A stretch of DNA of 64,000 nt from Candidatus Chisholmbacteria bacterium (GCA_963704905.1 CAVPHZ010000002.1:364905-428904); one strand, 5' to 3'; counted from the stretch's first letter, positions 10,397-20,421 are shown. Made by a program: numbers and translations. Notes: generated by a model not told the origin, from the letters alone.

Positions 10397-11305
10397 TTAA
10401 AGACTCGACAGCTCTTTAGCAAGCAGATCAGCAATTGAGAGAATAGTTGTACGAGTTTGTAACGCTTTTCGAGGTTTTTGAATAGTATCAGTGATGATTA
10501 AACGATCAAGTGAACTCGTGGACAGCTTCTCATCCACACCAGGGAGATAAAGATGATGAGTTGCCGCAACCACAATCTTTTTCACACCGACCTTCTTCAG
10601 ATATTTTGAAGTCTCAATGAGAGTCGATCCTGTTACAATCATGTCATCAATCATCAACACCTGTTTTCCGGAAATATCCCCATTGATTCCCTGAATTGTC
10701 ACTCTTCCCGTTGTCAGGTCACGAACTTTATCAATATATGCGACTTGCACTCCTAATTCTAGAGCAAACTGAGTGCTTGCCTTCACTGCACCCGCATCCG
10801 GTGCCACTACCACCATGCCTCCTAAAGGTTCCGAACCTTTAATCGGCTTGATATGTTGGGAAAAAAGCTGACGTGCTGAAAGATTAGAAACCGGTATCTC
10901 AAAAAAACCTAAGATCGCCGGGTTATGCAGATCAAAAGTGATGAGTCTTGTAAGCGGAACGACTTGTAACATCTGAGCAATCACCTTGACGCTCAATGGC
11001 TCACCTGGCCGAAAGACTTTATCCTGCTTGCTATAGCCAAGCCATGGAACCACACCAATGATTTTCCCCACCCCCATCCGCTTCAACGCATCACAAATCA
11101 ATACAAATTCCACCAAATGTTCGTCTGGTGGAGTCGAAAGCGACTGAACAACAACTGCCACATCATCACTAACCTTCTCTTTAATAAAGACACGGATCTC
11201 ACCATTCTCAAACCGCGACAGCTCAACCATACCCAGCGTCACCTTGAGTTTTTTTGCGAGTTTTTCTGCTAATGGTTTATTTGAAGATCCGCTGAAAACA
11301 ATCAT
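10397..11305 (-). CDS. prs: ribose-phosphate pyrophosphokinase
   Basis: PRPP-binding motif VLMIDDMIVTGSTL and N-terminal Prs domain. Confidence 0.85.
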   Translation of the reverse strand: MIVFSGSSNKPLAEKLAKKLKVTLGMVELSRFENGEIRVFIKEKVSDDVAVVVQSLSTPPDEHLVEFVLICDALKRMGVGKIIGVVPWLGYSKQDKVFRPGEPLSVKVIAQMLQVVPLTRLITFDLHNPAILGFFEIPVSNLSARQLFSQHIKPIKGSEPLGGMVVVAPDAGAVKASTQFALELGVQVAYIDKVRDLTTGRVTIQGINGDISGKQVLMIDDMIVTGSTLIETSKYLKKVGVKKIVVAATHHLYLPGVDEKLSTSSLDRLIITDTIQKPRKALQTRTTILSIADLLAKELSSL

Positions 11306-11313
11306 TTTTTATA

Positions 11314-11634
11314 TCACTCATCTCCGCCCAACTCTTTCTCGTGTCGCGCTGCGTCTGCCTTCAGTTCTTGCTGTTCAACATCACGCAGTGCTTGAATGCC
11401 ATCATCAAACTCAGCTTGCCTTTTTGCCGCAAGTCGCCCTTGTATTTCCGGCTCGTCCACACCTTGTGTGGTCCAAAAGTGGATGAGGTCTTCATCTGTA
11501 GCTGGCTTGGGTGGTTTATTCCACCACTTTTTCCTTTTCTTTTTCTTTGGTTTTACAGCTGATTCTTTTGTAATTGTTTCAACCATCTCAGTTATATTTT
11601 TTATATTACTTCTTTGTCCATCCTTGTGGATCAT
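11314..11634 (-). CDS. hypothetical lysine-rich protein
   Basis: 106-aa ORF with KPKKKKRKKWW basic patch. Confidence 0.35.
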   Translation of the reverse strand: MIHKDGQRSNIKNITEMVETITKESAVKPKKKKRKKWWNKPPKPATDEDLIHFWTTQGVDEPEIQGRLAAKRQAEFDDGIQALRDVEQQELKADAARHEKELGGDE

Positions 11635-12277
11635 TGAACCATCTCATCACACTCTCAAATTGTGAAGAGGTTAACAGTCCTTCTTTCCTCGCCATCTCAA
11701 CAATCATTGTACCAGAGGTCAAGGATAAAAGCTTCACCTTACTCCTTGAAAACAGCTGTATCGATGTTTTCGTCTCATAGGTTGTAGTTGCCACACAATA
11801 CTTCACTACACCTCCAGCTTTACGAATAACGTTTACATTCCCCACAGCACTCCCACCGGTGGAAATATGGTCTTCAATAATCAGTACCTTGCTCCCCTTC
11901 TTCACATATCCTTCAATCTGTGTTCCTTTTCCATACTTCTTGGATGTTGGCCGAACATACACCATCGGTAGTTGTAACCGCTCGGCCACCCAAGCTCCCT
12001 GCGGAATTGCAGCCGTAGCAGTAGCAGATATCCAATCAACGTTAGCAAGCCCTATGTCTTCTCTAATCACTTTGATGTATGCATCCACTATTTTCTTCCT
12101 CACCCTTGGAAATGACATCACGATGCGGTTATCAAGATAGATCGGACTTTTCAAACCTGACGTATATGTATACGGAGGTTTAAAACGAAACGTGACTGCC
12201 TTTATTTCTAGAAGTAGTTTAGCTATCTTCTCTTGTGTATCCATATCATGTATGAGCTCCTCCAATGAGCGACTCAA
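11606..12277 (-). CDS. pyrE: orotate phosphoribosyltransferase
   Basis: PRTase motif VLIIEDHISTGGSA. Sits in the pyr cluster. Confidence 0.75.
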   Translation of the reverse strand: MSRSLEELIHDMDTQEKIAKLLLEIKAVTFRFKPPYTYTSGLKSPIYLDNRIVMSFPRVRKKIVDAYIKVIREDIGLANVDWISATATAAIPQGAWVAERLQLPMVYVRPTSKKYGKGTQIEGYVKKGSKVLIIEDHISTGGSAVGNVNVIRKAGGVVKYCVATTTYETKTSIQLFSRSKVKLLSLTSGTMIVEMARKEGLLTSSQFESVMRWFNDPQGWTKK

Positions 12278-13163
12278 TCTTTAATCCCCCAGCATCTAAG
12301 TATTGAGACAGACCTTTACAAATATCTGAATAAACATCATCCCCGTGCTTATACCACGCTGATCCCACACCAACCAACGTCGCACCCGCCAACATCATTT
12401 CTACCACATCCTGCCAAGTTTCAACCCCTCCCATTCCAATAATCGGAATCTTGACAGCGTTGTAAATATCATACACGCAGCGAACAGCAATCGGCCGAAT
12501 ACCAGGCCCAGAAACGCCACCTTCCTTGTTTCCAAGTTTTGGTTTTCGAGTATTGATATCGATCACCATTCCAGGTCCTACCGTATTAATCGCAGAGATC
12601 GCATCTGCTCCTGCGCTTTCAGCGGCTTTTGCTACCGCACCAATATCCGAGACGTTTGGAGAAAGTTTTACAATCAGTTTCGTCTTCTTCGAAACAGCTT
12701 CACGTACCCCAGCAACAGCCGCCACCGTTGATTCCACTCCCATGCCCAACGATTCACCCAATTCGTCTTTTGTATTCGGACAGGACAAATTGAGCTCAAT
12801 AAAACCAGAAAAAAGTGTATCGACTGCTTTTGCCAGTTTTTTAAAATCAGCAACTGAAACTGCAAATATACTGACAATCATAGGAATTGCCGTCTCAGAA
12901 AAAAGTTTCTCCAGCTCTTTAATCCCATTCTTTATACCCGGATTTCGTAAACCAACTGAGTTAAGATAGCCATGCTCATAAACGATGATCCTCGGCATTG
13001 GATTCCCTTCTCGTACACGAACAGTCAACGACTTCGTCACTGCCCCACCAGCGCCAAGCAACTCAGCTTTTTTACTATCAGAAATTTCTGGCACTATACC
13101 AGAGGGTACAACCAACGGATTGGCAAATGGTGTTGATAAAAATATGACTTCAAGATTCGCCAT
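12246..13163 (-). CDS. pyrD: dihydroorotate dehydrogenase, class 1 catalytic subunit
   Basis: TIM-barrel FMN-binding motifs ([17 protein letters not shown]). ~305 aa and no adjacent pyrK. Confidence 0.8.
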   Translation of the reverse strand: MANLEVIFLSTPFANPLVVPSGIVPEISDSKKAELLGAGGAVTKSLTVRVREGNPMPRIIVYEHGYLNSVGLRNPGIKNGIKELEKLFSETAIPMIVSIFAVSVADFKKLAKAVDTLFSGFIELNLSCPNTKDELGESLGMGVESTVAAVAGVREAVSKKTKLIVKLSPNVSDIGAVAKAAESAGADAISAINTVGPGMVIDINTRKPKLGNKEGGVSGPGIRPIAVRCVYDIYNAVKIPIIGMGGVETWQDVVEMMLAGATLVGVGSAWYKHGDDVYSDICKGLSQYLDAGGLKIESLIGGAHT

Positions 13164-13177
13164 AATATTGATGCAGT

Positions 13178-14233
13178 TTAAACCAGAACCATACCCTTCT
13201 CAACTACTTTCTTCCCCCGAATCACAACCGTCTTCACAACTCCAGGCAATTCCCAGCCCTCAAACGGTGACCACCCGCATTTAGTTTCATAACCATGCTC
13301 TCCCACAATCCATCGTTCATCTTCATCAACTTCCACAAATGTCTTTGGCTGATCTGGAATATGAAAGATCTGCTTCGGCCGAGCGTATAACAATTTACGA
13401 ATAAGTCGTGTATGAATCTTTTTTTTCTCAGCAGCATAATAAAGCAAGCTTAGTACGGTCTCGAGACCTGGTACACCAAATGGAGATTTCTTCGAGAGCT
13501 TTTCCTCTTTTGTGTGAGGGGCGTGATCCGTCTCGACAATATCAATAACTCCATCGTTCAATCCTTCCCAGAGAGCCTGCTGATCCTTGCGTGTACCCAA
13601 TGGCGGTTTCATCCGCACAAAAGGACCAAGTGTCGAATCATGAAGATCATAAAGAAACAAATGATGCGGACACACTCCAGCCGTGACGGTCAGTTTTTTT
13701 TGTTTGGCTCGACGCACAAGTTCCACCTCGATTGCCTGACTAATGTGACACACATGCAATCGGCGCTCATACAGCCGTGCTAGTCCAATCGCTGCTGCCA
13801 CCTGAATGCCTTCAGCATGAACGAGAATTGGCTTTTCACTCTTCCATGCTTCAAAAATATCTTCAAGAAGTCTGAGATCCTCAACCAACATCTCCCCTGT
13901 CGTATGGTTGAGGTAAATCTTTAACCCATAGACATCCTTTCGCCGATAAACTTGCGTAAACTCTGTGATATTTTTTCCGTTGGTGCCAAAGTGAAAACCC
14001 ACATCACAAACAGCTTTCTTGGTAGCAAGACGAACCTTCTGTTCCAGCATTTTTACTGTCACTGTTGGAGCAGGATTATTTGGCATATCAAGAACATAGG
14101 TGATCCCACCTTTAATGGCTGCACGTGTTCCGGTAGCAAAATCTTCCTTATGCGTCGCTCCCGGCTCTCTCAAATGCACATGCACATCAATCAGTCCTGG
14201 ATATTGCTTTAATGCCATAAAGCTATGAAACAC
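13178..14233 (-). CDS. pyrC: dihydroorotase
   Basis: Metal-binding DVHVHLREPG at the N-terminus; amidohydrolase fold. Confidence 0.8.
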   Translation of the reverse strand: MFHSFMALKQYPGLIDVHVHLREPGATHKEDFATGTRAAIKGGITYVLDMPNNPAPTVTVKMLEQKVRLATKKAVCDVGFHFGTNGKNITEFTQVYRRKDVYGLKIYLNHTTGEMLVEDLRLLEDIFEAWKSEKPILVHAEGIQVAAAIGLARLYERRLHVCHISQAIEVELVRRAKQKKLTVTAGVCPHHLFLYDLHDSTLGPFVRMKPPLGTRKDQQALWEGLNDGVIDIVETDHAPHTKEEKLSKKSPFGVPGLETVLSLLYYAAEKKKIHTRLIRKLLYARPKQIFHIPDQPKTFVEVDEDERWIVGEHGYETKCGWSPFEGWELPGVVKTVVIRGKKVVEKGMVLV

Positions 14234-14333
14234 TCTTTCTTAGCTGATTCTTAAAGTAATTAAAGAAGTAACTATTGAACATGTGATATATATAATGATC
14301 AGCGATTAAAAAAGTTCAAGAACTAATGATAGA

Positions 14334-15290
14334 TCACTTCACTAATATGCTCTTCAACAACGCCATCCTCACATATAATCCAGACCGCATCTGCGAAAAA
14401 TATCGCTGTCTAGAATCATCATCCACTTCATGTAAGATCTCTCCCACACGTGGTAACGGATGCATCACAATCGACTTCTTCTTCATCTTCGATACCATAT
14501 GACGGGTGAGTACGAAGCGTTCTTTCAATCGTTCATACTGGTCTAGCTTTCCCGCTTTTTCAAACCATTCTTTTTGCACCCGCGTCATATACACTACATC
14601 TGCAGTTCTTAAAACAGGCTCAAGCCGATCCACCTCTTTCACGGTAACTTTCTTTTTCAAATGTCCAATAAGCTCGCGTGGAGCATTAAGTTCCTCGGGA
14701 GAAACGAAAGTCAGTGTTGTTCCTTTATTAGTTAGTGCCAAGAGTTTTGCCAGGGATTTAATCGTCCTCCCATAGAGCAAATCCCCAACCATAGCTACAT
14801 TAAGCCTGTCTAACCTGCCAAACTGCTGATAGATCGTATACAGATCCAAGAGTGCCTGAGTAGGATGTTCAAGTGTCCCGCTTCCCGCGTTGATTATTGG
14901 CACGTCGGATACACTTGCAGCAACTTGGCTTGAGGTATTTTCTGGATGACGAAGAATGATGACATCCGCTGCCGTAGTTTGATATATCGATCGTATCGTA
15001 TCTTCAAGTGTTTCACCTTTCGAGACTGAGCTAAACTCCTCCATTCCATGAATTGCAGTGACATAGGCGCCCAACCGGTTAGCTGCCGCAACAAAAGATG
15101 TGAACGTCCGCGTGCTCGGTTGATAAAAAAGAATCGATACCGTCTTTCCTTTGAGTGGTTCATAAATCGTACCTTTTTCCACATGATCCCTCATTTGATC
15201 AGCAATGATAAACAACTCTTTAATTTGCTCCTTTGAACGTACTTGATCAATCGAAATATAGCTTTTAGAAAAATATAGAGACTTCGCCAT
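14334..15290 (-). CDS. pyrB: aspartate carbamoyltransferase catalytic subunit
   Basis: STRTR-type motif (QPSTRTFTSF) and HPLPRV motif. Confidence 0.85.
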   Translation of the reverse strand: MAKSLYFSKSYISIDQVRSKEQIKELFIIADQMRDHVEKGTIYEPLKGKTVSILFYQPSTRTFTSFVAAANRLGAYVTAIHGMEEFSSVSKGETLEDTIRSIYQTTAADVIILRHPENTSSQVAASVSDVPIINAGSGTLEHPTQALLDLYTIYQQFGRLDRLNVAMVGDLLYGRTIKSLAKLLALTNKGTTLTFVSPEELNAPRELIGHLKKKVTVKEVDRLEPVLRTADVVYMTRVQKEWFEKAGKLDQYERLKERFVLTRHMVSKMKKKSIVMHPLPRVGEILHEVDDDSRQRYFSQMRSGLYVRMALLKSILVK

Positions 15291-15331
15291 AACACCCCCT
15301 CAGTGTGACTAAATAATTAAATGTATTTGAC

Positions 15332-15523
15332 TTAGATTTCATCAAACTCAATTTCCCCTACATCTTTAGTAGAAATAGCATGTGCGTTTACTTGCCATCT
15401 CGCTAAACCGTTATACACAACGACACCGTCTTCAGGGTAACTCGGTCCAGCCGGATCATAGTAGGCATAAACTTGCGTACCCTCACAAGTATGTATCGTG
15501 ACTCTCCTTCGTTTGGCAGGCAT
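15332..15523 (-). CDS. small hypothetical ORF in pyr operon leader
   Basis: 63-aa ORF between terminator-like hairpins and pyrB. May be non-coding leader. Confidence 0.25.
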   Translation of the reverse strand: MPAKRRRVTIHTCEGTQVYAYYDPAGPSYPEDGVVVYNGLARWQVNAHAISTKDVGEIEFDEI

Positions 15524-15552
15524 AGTTCCAGTTGTTCACCCCCTTTATATTT

Positions 15553-15581
15553 TGCACAAAAAAAAGAGGCCATCGCCTCTT
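15553..15581 (-). terminator. intrinsic terminator-like hairpin (minus-strand orientation) upstream of pyr cluster
   Basis: AAGAGGC-GATG-GCCTCTT has a 7-bp stem, followed on the minus strand by an 8-nt U-run. Confidence 0.5.
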
Positions 15582-15638
15582 CAGTGCAGGTTATAGTGAG
15601 AATGATTGATATTCTTTCGCGTCATAGCAAACCCTTAA

Positions 15639-15694
15639 AAAATCCCAGAATCATGTTAGTCATACTAGGATGAACAACTCGGTTCTGGGATTTT
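15639..15694 (-). promoter_or_regulatory. 12-bp inverted repeat with 32-nt loop in pyr leader (candidate attenuator/antiterminator element)
   Basis: AAAATCCCAGAA at 15639-15650 is perfectly complementary to TTCTGGGATTTT at 15683-15694. The minus-strand RNA would carry a U-tract after the stem. Confidence 0.35.
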
Positions 15695-15889
15695 AAGTTA
15701 ACAAGAGTTTTATAGCGAGTCAATACGATCTTTTACCGAAACGTGATCATCTCCATCGTTTCTCGAAGAAATTTTGACTAATATTTTTATAAATAATCGA
15801 AATCGTTATTTTAGCTTCACGATCGGATACGTAAAACCACGAAGTATAAATCGAAACATTTACGAAACCACTCTGTTACAATTTCCAGC

Positions 15890-16657
15890 ATGAAACCTAC
15901 ACTGAAATACGAGCAATTGTTCTGGAAAAAAGGTTATCAATATGTTGCTGGTATTGATGAAGTCGGTCGTGGAGCACTGGCTGGCCCACTTCTCGTCAGT
16001 GCTGTCATCTTCCCAAAAAGTATTATGAAAGGACCGGACTTTGTCAATCGAAATCTAAGAGAAGTAAAAGACTCAAAACTCCTCTCTGCAAAAAAACGCA
16101 GCTTATTGACACCTCATATTAAGTACTTTACAAACCAGTGGACTATTGGAAGTGCGAGTGTCGCAGAAGTCAATCGACTCGGTATAGTCAAAGCCACGTA
16201 CAAAGCAATGCGCAGAGCAATTGCAGCACTCGAGATTGTAGATTTTGTTCTCGTAGATGCATTCCACATCCCCTACCTCCCTAAATTGAGAAAACAAAAA
16301 CAACTTACCATCATCAAAGGTGACCGTCACTGCTTCTCTATAGCAGCAGCCTCAATCATCGCTAAAGTCCACCGAGACCAGCTCATGATTAAGATGGGAA
16401 ATCGTTATCCTCAGTATCAACTTGAAAAACACAAAGGCTATGGTACACTAGCTCACCGAATTGCCATCCGGTCCTATGGACCAAGACATTTCCACAGAAC
16501 ACATTTTTTATCAAAGATACTCCGGACAAAAATGAATCCAGAACAAGAAATAGGACCACTGCGAGGATCGCTTTTACATAGAGCGGAATTTGCCACCATC
16601 AATGCACCAATCGCCAGACTCATTAGAAAAAAAATGGAGAGTCAGATTGAACCCTGA
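15890..16657 (+). CDS. rnhB: ribonuclease HII
   Basis: GIDEVGRGALAGPL N-terminal motif. The motif CTCTGTTACAAT lies 7 nt upstream of the ATG. Confidence 0.85.
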   Translation: MKPTLKYEQLFWKKGYQYVAGIDEVGRGALAGPLLVSAVIFPKSIMKGPDFVNRNLREVKDSKLLSAKKRSLLTPHIKYFTNQWTIGSASVAEVNRLGIVKATYKAMRRAIAALEIVDFVLVDAFHIPYLPKLRKQKQLTIIKGDRHCFSIAAASIIAKVHRDQLMIKMGNRYPQYQLEKHKGYGTLAHRIAIRSYGPRHFHRTHFLSKILRTKMNPEQEIGPLRGSLLHRAEFATINAPIARLIRKKMESQIEP

Positions 16658-17486
16658 TGGAGTATTCCGTGAAATTGATGACAAACTAATAATTTCAGAA
16701 AAATCACGTCACAATCTCCGACACCAGCGGGAACATCTCAAAGATGGAACCTTGTGCATCGCATTTAATCATTTAACTCTCGGAGATCCTTTTGATATTG
16801 GAGAACTGACAGCGCGTGAATTCAGAGGAGTAGCTCAGGAATTTCTCATTCCAATTGGTGCCTATCACTACCGAAAGTACCTGAGGAAGGGTGGCTCACA
16901 GGCTACACTTTTAAAAAGAGCACACTGGCTCGGTGTGAACATGCGACCACTTCCCCAACCGTACTACACACCTGTTACGAATGGAGAAGGAAACGTAGTA
17001 CTCCTAGCCGAATACGAAAGAGGAACAACAGTAGATGGTGAAACTGTGCTTCTACCATCTGATGAAGATGCAATATTTACACAAGCACAGTTATTCGGTA
17101 TGACTCGAGAATTCAACCGAACTGCAGATGAAAAAATGAAAATTCCTGGTACCGTCTGCCTCATTGCACCTGAGGGTCACAGAACTGAAAGTCTTTTAGG
17201 TTCAATGATACCTGTACAAAGAGGGTTCATACGTATTGGAAGGAATGCATACAATCTCGCCTACGCTCCAATGGCTCTAATACCTCAAGGTGAGTACGAT
17301 CGCAACTTAGGTTACACACAAGCTGAACTGGTAGTTGCACCACCAAAGTCTCTTCCAGACTTAATGGAAGAGTGGAAAATGAAAACAGGCTTGACCGATA
17401 CAAAACCGACCGATGTAGTAGGATACGCCATAGCAAGTTTGCTTCCTGAACCAATGCGCGGATACTATGCAAATCCCCTTGGCTGA
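16590..17486 (+). CDS. PlsC-family acyltransferase-like protein
   Basis: HX4D motif (NHLTLGD) and PEG-type motif (APEGHRT). Start uncertain; the track ORF overlaps the rnhB 3' end. Confidence 0.45.
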   Translation: MPPSMHQSPDSLEKKWRVRLNPDGVFREIDDKLIISEKSRHNLRHQREHLKDGTLCIAFNHLTLGDPFDIGELTAREFRGVAQEFLIPIGAYHYRKYLRKGGSQATLLKRAHWLGVNMRPLPQPYYTPVTNGEGNVVLLAEYERGTTVDGETVLLPSDEDAIFTQAQLFGMTREFNRTADEKMKIPGTVCLIAPEGHRTESLLGSMIPVQRGFIRIGRNAYNLAYAPMALIPQGEYDRNLGYTQAELVVAPPKSLPDLMEEWKMKTGLTDTKPTDVVGYAIASLLPEPMRGYYANPLG

Positions 17487-17565
17487 AAGAGCTTTCTAAA
17501 ACAAATACGCGTACAAGACTCCCAAAAACAACCCACTCGCCAGGAGCAGGCTATAAATTAAAAAT

Positions 17566-17590
17566 CTTCGCAGCGGAAATCCGCTTTTTT
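17566..17590 (+). terminator. intrinsic terminator
   Basis: GCGGAAATCCGC hairpin followed by TTTTTT, 80 nt after the stop of the 16590 gene. Confidence 0.45.
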
Positions 17591-17775
17591 CCTCTTGCTG
17601 AGTAATAAGCTGAGTAATCTCAGCTCCGTTTTCTTGTTTTTCTTCCTCCGCCATAATGTATCTCAGTAAGTACTAATATTTCCACACCAGCTGTATCCCG
17701 ATACAAGTTTGGTTTATTGGTAAAACCCATTGTACACAACTCTATTTCTTCGTCAACAAAAATCTGATTTGATCA

Positions 17776-18054
17776 TTGAACCTAATCTTTGTTATCCTTG
17801 ATTGGATGTCAAAAACAAAATCAGCCAAAGATCTTTTCGATTTCATCATGCCCTACTTAGCTCCGCTTGCCCTTCCGCTTCTGCTATGGCCATCAATCAT
17901 ACTGATAATCGCACTCGTCGCCCAGGCAAAAGGAGCCTATGTCCTTAAACCAAAACACATTGCCATCTTTGTCACTGTTCAATTTGTCTGGCTCCTCATC
18001 ATGGGTGTCTTCTCCAGCTTCCTCATTCTCCGACCAATTGACTTAAAATTGTAA
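17776..18054 (+). CDS. small membrane protein
   Basis: 92-aa ORF with two or three hydrophobic helices. Confidence 0.35.
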   Translation: MNLIFVILDWMSKTKSAKDLFDFIMPYLAPLALPLLLWPSIILIIALVAQAKGAYVLKPKHIAIFVTVQFVWLLIMGVFSSFLILRPIDLKL

Positions 18055-18082
18055 ATACGTATGATAAATACCAGGAAGTAAT

Positions 18083-18403
18083 ATGGATGAAATTGAAGAA
18101 CCAGCATGGTTAGAAAATGAGCGATACCGTATCGGAGGAGAGATCATAAATATAAGAAGAAAACAAGAACAAACGGGAGTAGAACCGAGAAAAATCGTCA
18201 CTAAAGAAAAAACAGGAAGTAAATTCAGACGGTTACTTGCAGGAAAAGGCGTCGAATCAACTGCACCAAAACTCGCTGGTGATCAAGGGAAAATAGTCGA
18301 TAGTGCTGATATTCAGGAAACCAAAAACCGTGCTAAAAAAACAGAAAAAGCTAATAGACATCAAAGGAAAAAAAATTGGTTGAGGCAATTCTTTGATATC
18401 TAA
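18083..18403 (+). CDS. hypothetical basic protein
   Basis: 106-aa ORF with a K/R-rich C-terminus. Confidence 0.35.
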   Translation: MDEIEEPAWLENERYRIGGEIINIRRKQEQTGVEPRKIVTKEKTGSKFRRLLAGKGVESTAPKLAGDQGKIVDSADIQETKNRAKKTEKANRHQRKKNWLRQFFDI

Positions 18404-18466
18404 TCTCCCAAACTGTTTATCAAAACATATCAGCTGCAACAAGACCAAGTTGGTAGAAATCACAAC

Positions 18467-19699
18467 TTAAAAACCAAGCTTCTGAAGCTTCTTCTCCGTT
18501 GCTTCAAAACTAAAATGCTTCTGAGCAATTCGCAAGTTCGTGTCAACCATCTTTCGTCGTAGCTCAACATCGGTTAACACTTCCTTTACATCATTGATAG
18601 TCTTGGTGGAAATCTTGCCATTATTTATCGCCACTGTGTTGAACCCAAGCGGTTCCAAATCAGCCTTATACACCTCATATCTGTTCACCAGAATCGGCTT
18701 TTTGAAGTGTATCGCTTCAAGGAACTGATTTCCAAATCCCTCAATAGCAGATGGATAGGTGACAAAATCACAATTCATAAAACAATCCCATAGAGTATAG
18801 ATTCTCCTTCCATGCTTAAACACTCGTCGTGCCCCAACTCGATCCCCAATAAACACAGCTCTCACGGAATATTTTTCAATTAACCGTTTAAGATGACGAA
18901 CATACCTATCACCCTCATCTCCAGAATACCCAGCCAACACTAAGACAACTCGTTCATCCTTCATGGTCTTAACGAGTTCAATTGATAGCTCAATCTGCTT
19001 ACGCGGAACGATTCGTGTGGCTTGTAAAAAAACCAAGTCTTCCTGACCAATGCCAAAATCGTTTCTCCACTTGCCAGCATATCCATCCAACTCTCGAGTT
19101 TCATGGTTGTAATCAAAACAATCGCCAAAAACTATTGAATCGAGTCCACAGTAATCCTTGAGGGTTTTTTGTGCGATGGTGTTTGAAGTGATGTGTTTGA
19201 GATACCTGTTATCTCTTGGTGGAAAATAGCGCTGAAAAAACTCTCTAAAGCTTTCTCTTGATGCATATCGATCGCGCTCCCACCAAAAGTCTGGATTCCT
19301 TGAAAATGTCAGTAATGATCGCCTTAAAATTACCCTATGAAGAGCTGCAGCCAGCGCAAGATGAATCGGTAGGCTAAAAACGTTCATCGTCACCAGCCTG
19401 TCAAGAGAAATCCTCTCAAACAAACCGTTCAATTCGGTCTCTACAATATCAATCATCTTAAAAATCTTTGGTTGAAGCTTATGAAACGGAACACCATTAG
19501 AAATGGCTCGTAGATGAAGATCGTAAATTCGGGGTTCATTAAAATGAAGAAGTGGCACTAGATACCCGGTCCGATCAAGTTCTCCTGCGATCATCGTTGC
19601 TTTGTGACCCATCCGCTCTAGAATCACTTTCCATCGTTCAAGTTCGAGGCTCACTCCATCAATACCTGCAATGCGGTAGGATAACAGACCAACATGCAT
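18467..19699 (-). CDS. GT-B glycosyltransferase (family 4-like)
   Basis: C-terminal GT4-type EX7E region (VTYPSAIEGFGNQFLEAIHFKKPILV). Confidence 0.6.
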   Translation of the reverse strand: MHVGLLSYRIAGIDGVSLELERWKVILERMGHKATMIAGELDRTGYLVPLLHFNEPRIYDLHLRAISNGVPFHKLQPKIFKMIDIVETELNGLFERISLDRLVTMNVFSLPIHLALAAALHRVILRRSLLTFSRNPDFWWERDRYASRESFREFFQRYFPPRDNRYLKHITSNTIAQKTLKDYCGLDSIVFGDCFDYNHETRELDGYAGKWRNDFGIGQEDLVFLQATRIVPRKQIELSIELVKTMKDERVVLVLAGYSGDEGDRYVRHLKRLIEKYSVRAVFIGDRVGARRVFKHGRRIYTLWDCFMNCDFVTYPSAIEGFGNQFLEAIHFKKPILVNRYEVYKADLEPLGFNTVAINNGKISTKTINDVKEVLTDVELRRKMVDTNLRIAQKHFSFEATEKKLQKLGF

Positions 19700-19739
19700 A
19701 AATCCATTGTAACTAGAGATCTATTCAATATGCAAAAAA

Positions 19740-20399
19740 CTATGTAGATATAGACGAAGTAATCTTACCTAACGTCTTTGCATTTGCAATGTCATACTTA
19801 CCGACTTTCGTCCGTCTCAACTCTCGAAGATACGCCCCGCACCCAAGCCTCTTTCCAATATCTCGGGCCAGCGCACGAATATATGTACCTGAGGAAACCT
19901 CGACTTCAATAGACAAAACGGGAAAAGAATATGCAATACACTTGATATGATATATGACTACATTCCGAGCTTTAAGTTTTACCTTCTCTCCCCTTCTTGC
20001 CATTTCATAGGCCTTTTTTCCCTTCATTTTTATTGCAGAGTACGCCGGTGGAACCTGCTGTTGGTCGCCAAGAAAATCTGAAAGTGCTCTTCTTATCTCC
20101 CCTTTTCCAGGGGGAAGCACTCCTTTTGCCTTTGAAATCACTATTCCTTCTATGTCATCAGTGTCACGTTCTTCACCCAGAAAAATCTCAGCCAAATATG
20201 TCTTTGTTGTCTCCATGCTGATCTCTCCGAGTTGTTTTGTGGCCTCTCTCCCGACACCAACAATCAATAGACCGGTAGCATTCGGATCAAGCGTTCCCCC
20301 ATGACCTACTCGTTTCTCGCCGGTGATTTTCCGTACTTGATCCACAACATCATGACTGGTCATTCCTTTTGGTTTATCGATAAGCAAAAACGTCTTCAT
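19740..20399 (-). CDS. truB: tRNA pseudouridine(55) synthase
   Basis: LLIDKPKGMTSHDVV...GHGGTLDPNATGLL catalytic Asp motif. Start at internal Met MKTFLLIDKP. Confidence 0.85.
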   Translation of the reverse strand: MKTFLLIDKPKGMTSHDVVDQVRKITGEKRVGHGGTLDPNATGLLIVGVGREATKQLGEISMETTKTYLAEIFLGEERDTDDIEGIVISKAKGVLPPGKGEIRRALSDFLGDQQQVPPAYSAIKMKGKKAYEMARRGEKVKLKARNVVIYHIKCIAYSFPVLSIEVEVSSGTYIRALARDIGKRLGCGAYLRELRRTKVGKYDIANAKTLGKITSSIST

Positions 20400-20421
20400 A
20401 AAAATTGTTATACTCCACTGT

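Noticed and set aside
15636-15700. PyrR-binding anti-antiterminator motif in the pyr leader
   Set aside because: The loop sequence (AAUCCCAGAACCGAG) does not fit the ARUCCNGNGAGG consensus well enough, and no pyrR is in the window. Kept only as a generic attenuator candidate.
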